From NCBI GenBank assembly GCA_048939995.1, contig JBHLOY010000013.1, positions 13,333 to 77,332 on the forward strand: a DNA stretch of 64,000 nt, given 5' to 3'. Positions 26,501 to 37,100 of the stretch are shown here, in pieces. Each line of letters opens with the position of its first letter. The first letter of the stretch is position 1. The stretch is from Promethearchaeota archaeon (GTDB lineage: Archaea; Asgardarchaeota; Lokiarchaeia; Sigyniarchaeales; SOKP01). Under the pieces are notes generated by a model that saw only the letters and a program-made list of their open reading frames with translations, had not been told where the DNA came from and did no database searches. A program made the translations under genes and the position numbers.

Positions 26501-29500
26501 ATGGAACCTTGGCCTGCATTATTCCATGCTAAAGAGTTGATCGTTCCGCTTAATGCTCCGGTATAGTTATTTACCCCTCCATCAAGCGTATACCAAATCC
26601 TATCTCTATTCGATTCAGTGATAGAAAGACTATAGCTTGGAGGGAGACTACTGAACCATGCTCCAGATAATGGTGAATCGATACTATCTATTGAAGGATT
26701 GATAGTATCTTTATAAATTTGTACGGTATCAGAGGTTTCAATGCCAAAATTGTTGTTTAAATAAAATGTAAGAGTAATAGAACCTTGACCAGCATTATCC
26801 CATGCTGTGGAATCAATTACACCAAACCAAGAATTAGATTGATTAGCATTACTAGTAATAGTATAATTGTTAAGTCCATTATCAAGAGTATACCATATAG
26901 AATCACGATCGTTCCCGCTCACATAAACATCATAATCTGGAATAGATCCAAACCATTCGGCAGTACTAGGTGAATTAATAGAAATTGATAAATCTGAAGT
27001 TTTTGTTACTCCTACACTTGCAGAATCCCAATTACCCAAGGAATCATTTACAAAAAATGTAATCGTGACAGCACCTAAACCAGCATTGCCCCATGCGATA
27101 TAATCAATTGTTCCACTCGTTGCTCCCGTGTAGTTGTTTAAACCATCATTGAGGGTATACCAAATCTCATCTAAATTCGCTTCGGTAATGGAAAGACTAT
27201 AACTTGGTGGGGTTGAATGGTTTGAGCCAGATGAAGGTGAATCGATACTAACTGAAGGTTTGATAATATCTTTTCTAACTATTACTTCTTCATAATTAAT
27301 ATTACCTAATGTATCATTTGCGTAGAATCGAATTATTACTGTTCCATTTGGTCTTCCGTTCCACGTAGTCTGATCGAGACTCCCTATTGCAGCGACAGGA
27401 GTGGAATTAGTGGTTCCACCATCTAAGCTATACCAAATAGAATCTAAATTGGGATCTGTAACTGTAAGATTATAATTAGGCGCCATCGATCCAAATAACT
27501 CATTCGGGTTAGGAGAGTTAATGTTTATATCTGGTGCTGTGGTATCTTCACCTACTTGATATTCAGCTCCAATTGAGTAAAAACTGCTTGGGTCATATTG
27601 ATTGTTGTATTCAGTAGCAATCCAATCTACTGAACGAGCAATATTAGATAATCGAACTTCATCCATGATACCTTCTAAGTTATCAGGACTTCTAGCAATA
27701 GTTAGAGAATCTATTATTGTTTCAATCATTTCTGAAAAAGTGGCCGTATTTGGATCTTGAGTCCCATTAATAAAAATTTTCATTGTATTGCCAACTCTAA
27801 CACATGTGATACTAACCCATTTATTAAGCGAAATCAATGTCTGACTCTTTAAACTAGTTGAACCAATCCCATTTAATCTAAAATAAATAGCTCTATCCCT
27901 ATAAATAAAAGAGGAATAAGCATCAGTATAAATACCTTTGGTTACTGTATCAGGATCATTACTTACATCATATGCCATTACCCAATATTGGATAGTTAAA
28001 TTCTCGGTCAAATCTAATGAAACATCATTTCCACAATCAACATAATCATCGATTCCGTCAAGTTCTAGACTCCCATCAAGTCTTCCAGGAATTTGATCTC
28101 CAGGATCCATCGTTCCATACGAAGTACCATCATTATTGTTGGTTGTGGAATCCTTTATTGGATTTGTAGGATCTTCAGATAAATGCCATACTCCAACATA
28201 ATTAGTATCCCATACTCCATCGGGGTTTTGAATTGAATACATGGTTGAATTTCCATAATACATATAGATTTTAGTGTCTACCATGGGTGAAAGAGAAGGA
28301 ATGCGTACCCAAGATACTAAAAATGCATGTGTTGTATTATGATCTCGATTAAATAATTCAATTTCATGATCAAGCCAATTCTTACCATCATAAAAAGCTA
28401 TATCGTTACCATTAGATTGAACATCAGTATGTAAGTCCATATCATAAAGAGATATTAAAATAGGAAAATTAGTGAGATTACTCGATCCAGAGATTTTAGT
28501 ATGATCAATTATTATTTCTTTATAATATTTAAAGCTATTCAAAGAAGGTCGAAGTAATTCTTCAGTGCTTAGTGTAAGTGTTGGTTCTGGCTCTACAAAT
28601 ATCCTTAAGTAGATATCATCCACAAATAGCGTGTTAAATTCATTAGGTGATGCCCAATAAATACCTGTGGAGAATTTATCGGTTGGTTCAGAACCTAAAT
28701 TAATCGAAGTGTTATGAATCTCTAAGTTACCATCTAACCATAGCTTAGCCAATCCATAACTACTGGAAACGTTAACTTGTACATCCAATGTATGCCAGGT
28801 ACCCTTAGATATAGTGTTGGTCTCTAAATAACCATAGGCTTCTCCTGCAACAGCATTCCACATATATAAAGTCATATCATCATTTATAGTAACACTAATC
28901 AAATTTTGCCATACTGTGGCTGTGTCAACAAACTGTATAACTGTTACCCTGTCTGTAGTACTAAAACTAGGATCAAGATAAATATGTACGTGGGCATAAA
29001 GGCTTGCTTCATCTGGAAAATCCTCAAAAACCATAGCCTGAGGAGTAGTAACATTGTCCATATCACACTTTGCAGCATAATTGCCTGTGTGAACCTGATC
29101 AGTTGATGCTATGATTGAATCCCCTACAGATCCAGTACTATTTCCATCCCATCCGTTCAAATTACCGCTTTCGAAACCATCATAAAAAAAGAATATATTA
29201 CTTGGGTCAACCAACGGGGAATTAGCTAATTTATTGCCGTAGTATAGATAATAATTATTATCAAATGACAAGGCTTGTATTGGTTTCTGGGTTTTAAACC
29301 ATATTTTAGTTGATTCATTGTTCCATGAGGAGTCAAGATCCAACATTCTATCCAGAACATTCCACATAGTGCCATTCCAATATACTAATCGGATATCATC
29401 ACCATCTGCTTGACTTTTACCCTTAATGACCAGATCAGCGTGATCGAAAGTCAAAGAAACTGTATAGCCAGAAGGTATATCAGAACTACCAGTTGTCACA

Positions 29501-30663
29501 GTAACTTTTCTACGATATTTCCAGTTTTGATTAAACCAAGAACCGTATGTTTCTTCAGATTCAAGTGTTAAACTTGGTGATGTTGCGACTAATAACCTAA
29601 TCTTTAGATCATCATAATATGAGGGTATAGTAGTCCAAGTTAAGAAACCAATTTGTCCAGCATTCAAATGAGAAGTATTTGTATTATCAATTCTTAATTG
29701 ATCATCTAAATATATCTTAAATCGTGATCCAAGAGCCTCTACTTTTAAGTTATACCATTGGTCACTCACTAAATTCGATTCATCTACACCATCATAAACA
29801 GGTGTCTCCCAAATACCACCAGTACAATCACCATACGCTACTTCTCTGTCCCAATATCCAATTCCCGCACAATAGAAATTATTTGAGTCAGAGTAACGAA
29901 ATAATATTCCTACTCCAAAACTAATGCCAACATTTTTTATACGGACCTCTATTGATGCATTTTCGACAGTATAGGAATTTAATAAACTTCTACGATCTGT
30001 AAGACCTGAATTTTCGCGATATTCATTATTTATAACAGACCAAGTTCCGCTTATAACCGTCCATCCATTAGCAGGTCCATCAGCCTGTGTAAAATCATCG
30101 TAATAATCATATACTTTACTTTTATTTGTTGGGGGACTACCAGCAACCTCATTACCATAATAGAGATAATAATTAGTGTCAGTAGCACCCACGCTTATGG
30201 AACTTTGAGTTTTAAACCAAATTTGAGTACTAATAGTATTAAAATTTGTTTCATTTACACGATCGAGTTCTAACCATGTCTTATTAGTTGAGTTATACCA
30301 TAAGATTCGAAGGTCATTTCCATCAGCTCGAAGTTTTCCTACAGAAATTAATTCAGCTGAATTAACTGATAAATTAACCGAATATCCTTTAGGAAGAATT
30401 TTCGTATTTACATTTGTAATATTTATTTGAACACGATACATATATGATGAATCCCACCAATTTTTTAAATTTGGTGGTTGACTAGTCTGCAGCTTATCGG
30501 GATAAAAATTATCGCGAGTATTATTGAAACCGTTAATCTTTATAAAATTATCAGCAATATCAATTGTTGATATTATATTACACGCCAAGATAATAGTTAA
30601 AACCAAAATTTTAGATTTAACCTTTTTCAACTTAATTCCTCCATTCTTATACCTATATTTCAT
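23593..30663 (-). CDS. Giant single-pass surface protein: DUF2341/ConA-LamG modules, Ig-like stalk, TM, ~350-aa cytoplasmic domain
   Basis: DGNDLRI, YYLYYGN, YVGVWHL, DEVRLS..WIATEYNNQ; WYTLD/FYxND repeats; GAAIGGVVG TM followed by KKSKSKKK. Confidence 0.85.
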   Translation of the reverse strand: MKYRYKNGGIKLKKVKSKILVLTIILACNIISTIDIADNFIKINGFNNTRDNFYPDKLQTSQPPNLKNWWDSSYMYRVQINITNVNTKILPKGYSVNLSVNSAELISVGKLRADGNDLRILWYNSTNKTWLELDRVNETNFNTISTQIWFKTQSSISVGATDTNYYLYYGNEVAGSPPTNKSKVYDYYDDFTQADGPANGWTVISGTWSVINNEYRENSGLTDRRSLLNSYTVENASIEVRIKNVGISFGVGILFRYSDSNNFYCAGIGYWDREVAYGDCTGGIWETPVYDGVDESNLVSDQWYNLKVEALGSRFKIYLDDQLRIDNTNTSHLNAGQIGFLTWTTIPSYYDDLKIRLLVATSPSLTLESEETYGSWFNQNWKYRRKVTVTTGSSDIPSGYTVSLTFDHADLVIKGKSQADGDDIRLVYWNGTMWNVLDRMLDLDSSWNNESTKIWFKTQKPIQALSFDNNYYLYYGNKLANSPLVDPSNIFFFYDGFESGNLNGWDGNSTGSVGDSIIASTDQVHTGNYAAKCDMDNVTTPQAMVFEDFPDEASLYAHVHIYLDPSFSTTDRVTVIQFVDTATVWQNLISVTINDDMTLYMWNAVAGEAYGYLETNTISKGTWHTLDVQVNVSSSYGLAKLWLDGNLEIHNTSINLGSEPTDKFSTGIYWASPNEFNTLFVDDIYLRIFVEPEPTLTLSTEELLRPSLNSFKYYKEIIIDHTKISGSSNLTNFPILISLYDMDLHTDVQSNGNDIAFYDGKNWLDHEIELFNRDHNTTHAFLVSWVRIPSLSPMVDTKIYMYYGNSTMYSIQNPDGVWDTNYVGVWHLSEDPTNPIKDSTTNNNDGTSYGTMDPGDQIPGRLDGSLELDGIDDYVDCGNDVSLDLTENLTIQYWVMAYDVSNDPDTVTKGIYTDAYSSFIYRDRAIYFRLNGIGSTSLKSQTLISLNKWVSITCVRVGNTMKIFINGTQDPNTATFSEMIETIIDSLTIARSPDNLEGIMDEVRLSNIARSVDWIATEYNNQYDPSSFYSIGAEYQVGEDTTAPDININSPNPNELFGSMAPNYNLTVTDPNLDSIWYSLDGGTTNSTPVAAIGSLDQTTWNGRPNGTVIIRFYANDTLGNINYEEVIVRKDIIKPSVSIDSPSSGSNHSTPPSYSLSITEANLDEIWYTLNDGLNNYTGATSGTIDYIAWGNAGLGAVTITFFVNDSLGNWDSASVGVTKTSDLSISINSPSTAEWFGSIPDYDVYVSGNDRDSIWYTLDNGLNNYTITSNANQSNSWFGVIDSTAWDNAGQGSITLTFYLNNNFGIETSDTVQIYKDTINPSIDSIDSPLSGAWFSSLPPSYSLSITESNRDRIWYTLDGGVNNYTGALSGTINSLAWNNAGQGSITIIFYVNDSAGNWDTASVAIYRDTINPSIDSINSPLSGAWFSSLPPSYSLSITESNRDRIWYTLDGGLNNYTGALSGTINSLAWNNAGQGSITIIFYVNDSAGNWDTASVAIYRDTVNPSIDSIDSPLPGAWFSSLPPSYTLSITESNRDRIWYTLDGGLNNFTGALSGTIDSTAWNTAGQGSITILFYVNDSAGNWDAASVVINRDSITPTIIITEPNNYDLFGISPPSITININDANLDNEWYQLDNGTIVTNNYTWTGAIAQSVWEQVGNGTIMIKFYANDTVGNLGTAEVIVYKDIFFPMIMINTPISDGVYGNTAPNYAVNISGSNLDTSWYTLDNGIVNYTFTGLTGTINQLAWDAKSDGTITISFYINNTLGVIGFDEITIIKDTIAPSIALNFPLNNTYCRAAPIINVLATDANLDLIWYQVNTTNILLGNNINQPFNNLIWNSLPEGRFYVYIYANDTLNHLSDPVLIVLYKDTIAPPAPSLIQAPQGAVSGTLIFEWQDGSDPSGIIKYRLIIDNEANPLATPGFVFAINLTGNYYEYMESLQPGIYYYFLYQIDGAGHQSPAATDSFSITSTSQPSEFPLWIIFVVIGAAIGGVVGIVVLKKSKSKKKEIGIQISEKQPVTKAKLKIYEELSLLDYETLKDKTEADLLARREKVIAYVNKLTEEKDYVKAAGFAGEIIIIEEILGNSQNADFYRQKQIDIAIKGLNYLKDQYEIESKKAAISGDYSKSLELYNESKIVSENLKMYVDNQESKHEQDRKLEITGTPLVMGEVELVYSCINDLLTKYFDEIGIKYYSNPQIYDDIQNKIHGLILFDDQVSFLNIDPSIRDRIRSIQIIYTEDTSNEDIIKSSKDFQNANTLLIIVVIKLLENNESFSFQGPMKNVRINHYKAFIQSIGLKGVYEEAFNEIIDLYYKGQFDILRETHELSEVIIHSTDELLYDLKGKGSVKHELKEYFSR
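25882..26709 (-). repeat. Three tandem 276-bp intragenic repeats (92-aa Ig-like unit)
   Basis: GAAGGATT marker at 26141, 26417, 26693 (period 276). Confidence 0.92.
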
Positions 30664-31103
30664 TCTTGTAAATTTTAAAAATATACAAGAAAGTATATAT
30701 AATATAGTGTATGTTTATTTAAATCTTTCAAAAATAAAGGAGGCACTAATGGAGATAATTCTAAATAAGATCCAAGTAATTAAAGGGAATAAAAGGAGAA
30801 TTTTAAAATAAAAAAACTAAAATTTTCCTTCTTATGTAAACTTTATCGGAATTTATGAAGTAATTAAAAAAGAAATAAATGGTGTAAACGCTTCAGAAGC
30901 AGTTGCAAGGATTTAGGACGGTTAAGAGGACAATTTCAATTTTAAGTTTATACAATTTTATCTTTATTAAGATAGAAAGTACTTATAAAATAATATTAGA
31001 ACCTTAAACTTATGTAAATTAATACTAGGATTAACCTATTAAGAACCTTTAGATAAAAAAAGAAATATCAAAAATAAAAATAGATTTAATATTAAGGTTA
31101 TAT

Positions 31104-34100
31104 TTATCGATGAAGATATTCTTTTAACTCATACATAACTAAACCCTTTTCTTTGAGATCATAGAGTAATTCATCAGTACTATGAATAATTACTTCACTT
31201 AATTCATGAGTCTCACGTAAGATATCAAATTGTCCTTTAAAATAGAGATCGATAATTTCATTAAATGCCTCCTCATACACTCCCTTCAATCCAATTGATT
31301 CAATGAATGCCTTATAATGATTTATTCTGACATTTTTCATAGGACCTTGAAATGAAAAAGACTCATTATTTTCTAGCCATTTAATAACAACAAGGATTAA
31401 GAGCGTATATTCATTCTGAAATTCTTTACTTAATTTAATAATAGCTTCATTAGATGTATCCTCAGTGTAAATTATTTGAATCGATCTAATTCTGTCTCTT
31501 ATTGATGGATCTATATTTAGGAATGAAATTCGATCATCAAAAAGTATTAATCCATGTATTTTGCTTTGAACATCGTCATAGATTTGAGGATTGGAATAAT
31601 ATTTAATACCAACTTCATCAAAATACTTTGTCAGTAAATCATTTATGCAAGAATAAACAATTTCTACTTCTCCCACAACTATTGGCGTTTCCGCTACTTC
31701 TAATTTTCGGTCTTGTTCAAGTTTAGCTTGATTGTCCATATACCTTTTAAGATTTTCTGATACTATCTTACTTTCATTATATAGTTTAAGTGATTTTGAA
31801 TAATCTCCAGATATTGCAGCTTTTTTGGATTCAATCTCATATTGATCCTTCAAATAGTTAAGTCCTTTAATTGCGATATCGATTTGCTTCTGACGGTAAA
31901 AATCTGCATTTTGAGAGTTTCCAAGAATCTCTTCAATAATAATAGTTTCACCTGCAAATTCTGCTGCTTTGACATAATCGTTTTCTTCTGTTAGTTTATT
32001 AACATGAGTAATTACCTTCTCTCTCCTAATAAGTAAATCTGCTTCAGTCTTATCTTTGAGTGTTTCATAATCTAATGATTTAAATTCTTCATATACTTTC
32101 AATTTAGGCTTAGTTATTGGCTGTTTTTCCGTTATTTGAATAGGTACTGCTTTCTTCTTCTTCTTACTCTTTGACTTTTTTAGAACTATAGCTCCCACGA
32201 CTCCACCGATAGCAACTCCTATTACAATGAATATAATCCAGAATGGAAATTCTGATGGTTGAGAACTGGACATTATCGAAAAACTGTCTGTTTCAGCAGG
32301 ACTCACATTACCTGCTCCATCAATCTGATATAAAAAGAAATAATAAGTTCCTGGTTGAAGAGATCCAGTATATTCATAATAATTCCCAGTTATGTTTATT
32401 TCAAATACAAATCCAGGTGTGATCAAAGGATTTGCTTCATTATCTATAATAAGTCTATATCTTAGTATCCCAGAAGGATCAGAACCTTCATACCATTCGA
32501 ATATTAATGTACCACTTACTTCTCCTTGAGGAAAATTTATTAAAATTGGTACTGAGGGAGCAATTGTGTCCTTGTATAAAACTAACAAGATATAGTTACT
32601 CAAATGATTAACAGTATCATTTGCATAGATGTAAACATAAAATTGTCCTTCTGATAAACTATTCCAAATTGAAATATCTAATTGCTGATTGATATTATTT
32701 CCCAGTAATATACTAATTGAGTTAACTTGATACCAAATTGAATCTAGATTTGGATCTATAGCTAATACATTGATCATTGGTGATATTCGACAATATGAAT
32801 TATTCAATGGGAGATTTAATATAACCGATGGTGCTAAAGTGTCTTTTATAATAGTTATCTCATCAAATCCTATAACTCCTAACGTGTTATTTATATAGAA
32901 TCTAATTATTACATCACCATCACTTTGGGCGCTCCATGCTAATTGGCTTATAGTTCCTGTTAATCCTGTAAACGTATAATTAACTAACCCATCATCTAGC
33001 GTATACCACCTTGAATCTAAATTACTTCCACTTACACTAACAATAAAACTAGGTGCTGTACTGTTAAAAACCTCGTTAAAATTGGGATTGTTAATTGTTA
33101 TTATAGGAGCGAAGACATCCTTATAAACTATCACTTCTGCAGATCCTAAATTACCCAGCGTGTCATTTGCATAAAACCTAATGATAACTGTACCATTACC
33201 AACTTGATCCCATACGCTTTGAGCGATAAAACCTGTCCATGTGTAATTATTAGTAATAATAGTTCCGTTGTCCAATTGATACCATTCATTATCTAAATTA
33301 GGGTCATTAATATTTATGGTAATGTCTGGAGGTTCATTTCCAAACAATTCATAATTAGTTGGTTCTATAATAGTAACGGTAGGAGAAATTGTATCTCTAT
33401 TAATTACTACACTCGCAGCGTCCCAGTTACCTGCAGAATCATTTACATAAAATATAATCGTAATAGAACCTTGACCTGCATTATTCCATGCCGTAGAGTC
33501 GATCGTTCCGCTCAATGCTCCTGTGTAGTTATTTAAGCCTCCATCGAGCGTATACCAAATGTTATCTCTATTCGATTCAGTGATAGAAAGAGTATAACTT
33601 GGAGAGAGGTTACTGAACCATGCTCCAGACAATGGTGAATCGATACTATCTATTGAAGGATTAATTGAGTCTCTATAAATTACTACGCTTGCAGTATCCC
33701 AGTTACCCGCAGAATCATTTACATAAAATATAATTGTAATAGAACCTTGACCTGCATTATTCCATGCTATAGAGTCGATCGTTCCGCTCAATGCTCCTGT
33801 GTAGTTATTTAAGCCTCCATCAAGCGTATACCAAATCCTATCTCTATTCGATTCAGTGATAGAAAGAGTATAACTTGGAGGGAGGCTACTGAACCATGCT
33901 CCAGACAATGGTGAATCGATACTATCTATTGAAGGATTAATTGAGTCTCTATAAATTACTACGCTTGCAGTATCCCAGTTACCCGCAGAATCATTTACAT
34001 AAAATATAATTGTAATAGAACCTTGACCTGCATTATTCCATGCTATAGAGTCGATCGTTCCGCTCAATGCTCCTGTGTAGTTATTTAAGCCTCCATCAAG

Positions 34101-37100
34101 CGTATACCAAATCCTATCTCTATTCGATTCAGTGATAGAAAGAGTATAACTTGGAGGAAGGGTACTAAACCATGCTCCAGATAATGGTGAATCGATACTA
34201 TCTATTGAAGGATTGATAGTATCTTTGTAAATTTGTACGGAATCAGAGGTTTCAATACCAAACGTATTGTTTAAATAAAATGTAATCGTATTAGAACCTT
34301 GACCAGCATTATCCCATGCTGTAGAATCAAATATTCCAAACCAAGTATCTGTTAGATTAGCACTACTCGTAATAGTATAATTGTTAAGTCCATTATCAAA
34401 AGTATACCATATGGAATCACGATCATTTCCGCTCACATAAACATCATAATCAGGATTAGATCTAAACCATTCGGCAGCATTAGGTAAATTAATAGAAATT
34501 GATAAATCTGAAGTTTTTGTTACTCCCACACTCGCTGAATCCCAATTTCCCACGGAATCGTTTACATAGAATGTAATTGTGACTGCACCTAAACCTGCAT
34601 TACCCCAAGCTATAGAATTAATTGTCCCACTCAATGCCCCTGTGTAGTTGTTTAAACCATCATTAAGGGTATACCAAATCTTATCTCTATTCGCTTCGGT
34701 AATGGAAAGACTATAACTTGGTGGGGTTGAATGGTTTGAACCAGGCGAGGGCGAGTTGATACTGATTGAAGGTTTAATAATATCTTTCCTAACGATTATT
34801 TCTTTATAACTAATATTACCTAATGTATCATTTGCATAAAATCGAATTGTTACTGTTCCATTACCTAATGCACTCCACATGTTTTGATCAATGGTTCCAC
34901 TAGCGCTAACAGGCGTAGAATTAGTGGCCCCTCCATCTAAGGTATACCAAATAGAATCTAAATTGGGATCCGTAACTGTAAGATCATAATTAGGCGCGCT
35001 CGATCCAAATATATCATTCAAGTTTGGAGAATTAATAGTTATTTCTGGTCCTGAAGTATCTTCACTCTGATATTCAGCTCCTACAGAGTAAAAGCTATCT
35101 GGATCATATTGATTGTTGTATTCGGTAGCAATCCAATCTGCAGAACGACCAACCTGAGAAATCCGAACCTCATCAATTTGTCCTAACCACGGATATGACC
35201 ATGCTACTCCTTCAGGTTGATCTCCATGCCCGATTCTAAAAGAAAACGGCAGAGCACTTACAATATTATTTGTTTTAGATAAGGTGGCAGGATCTGGTAT
35301 TCCATCTACATATATTCTCATTTCAGTTCCATTATATGTAGCAACGACATGATGCCATATATCTGATGAGATGGTTTGTGCAGTTTCTAAATCACTCTCA
35401 TTTCCAGGAAGTTGAAAGCTCATCAACTGACTATTAAGATCCATTACAAGGCGATATCCATTATAAAAACCTTTATGGTTGAGAGGACCCATCCAAGGAT
35501 GAGTTAAAGGATATTTCATCCATAACTGTATAGTTATTTGATTAGTTGTAAGATCTAAGCTTGTATCATTTCCGCAATCGATAAAGTGATCACTAAAATT
35601 TTGGCCATAACCAATAGATCCCGTAACTTTGCTTGGAATATAAGTTATATTTCCTAATCCACCTTGACCATGATTCCCATAGTGACTACTATCTGCATAT
35701 TCATTCACTGTTCCTATTCCTATCTCTTTAAGATGCCAAACTCCAACATAATTTGGATTCCATACTCCCATGGGGTTCTCTTGAGACCCCATCGTTGAAT
35801 TTCCATAATACATAGTGATGTTAGTATCAATTGAAGATGATAGAGATGGAATTCGAACCCAAATAATTAATTGAGCATGAGTAGCACTATAACTTTGATT
35901 GAATAGTTCAATTTCATGATCTAACCACGTATCTCCGCTATAAAAGGCAATATCATCACCATCTGTTTGAGTATGAATATGTAAATCTGAATCAAACAAA
36001 GAAATTAGTACGGGAAAATTAATTAGATCGTTTAATCCAGTTACCATTGTTGAGTTAATTGTTATGACTTTATAATAAGCGAAATAATTCACATTCCGAG
36101 CTAAATTTGTTTCTTCAATTCCCACAGAATAAAAAGATTTAGGATCATTTTGATTATTATATTCGGTGGCAATCCAATCTGCAGAATGTGTTTTACTAGA
36201 AATACGTATTTCATCGTATTTGCCTTCAAAATGACCAAGTTGACTGATATTAACAGAAGCACCCCATAACCAATCCTCCAGTTGAGCTAATTGGGTCCAA
36301 TAGGTATCAACATTAATAATATCAAATGTACTAGGAGATCCATCAAGATACATTGTTACATTTCTGTTAGAATAATTAAATGTAACAATCAGATAATGCC
36401 AGATTCCATTAGTAAAGGGGTTTGTTTTTAAGTTATAATTAAGACTATTTCCTCCCCAGGGATAGAAGAAATTATCTCCATTTTGATTAACAGACCATTC
36501 AAAACCGTCTCTATGATTAGGAGCTATTCTATTAAAACGATTACTAGTAGTCATGATTCTTTGATATTCACCAGTTTTAGACGAATTTACCCAATTAATC
36601 CATAGGGATAAAGTTCCCTCATCGTTTATTGAATTTAAAGATGAACTTCTTGAAATATTGATAAAATCATCAATCCCATCAAAATCATAACCCTTTCCAA
36701 TTTGAGAATTAACTAAATCTATATTATCCATTGAACCATTAGTTATTCCATTATTTCCATGGTATGTACTATCATATACATCATTCATTATTCCAGTTGG
36801 AGCATCATTTAAATGATAAACTCCAACATAATTTGGATTCCATACTCCCATAGGGTTTTCTTGAGGACCCATAGTTGAATTTCCATAATACATATAGATT
36901 TTTGTGTCAGTGGATGTCGAGAGCGAAGGAATGCGAACCCAAGCAATTAATTGGGCATGGGTAATGTTAAAATCTTGATTAAATAGTTCTATTTCGTGAT
37001 CTAACCATTCAATACCATTGGTAAAAACAATATCATCTCCATCTGGTTGAGCATGGTCATGTAAGTCTGAGTCATACATAGAAATTAGTACAGAAAAATT

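Noticed and set aside
25882-26709. Tandem repeats as a possible CRISPR array or diversity-generating retroelement template
   Set aside because: 276-bp in-frame coding units with no spacers; no cas or reverse transcriptase gene in the window
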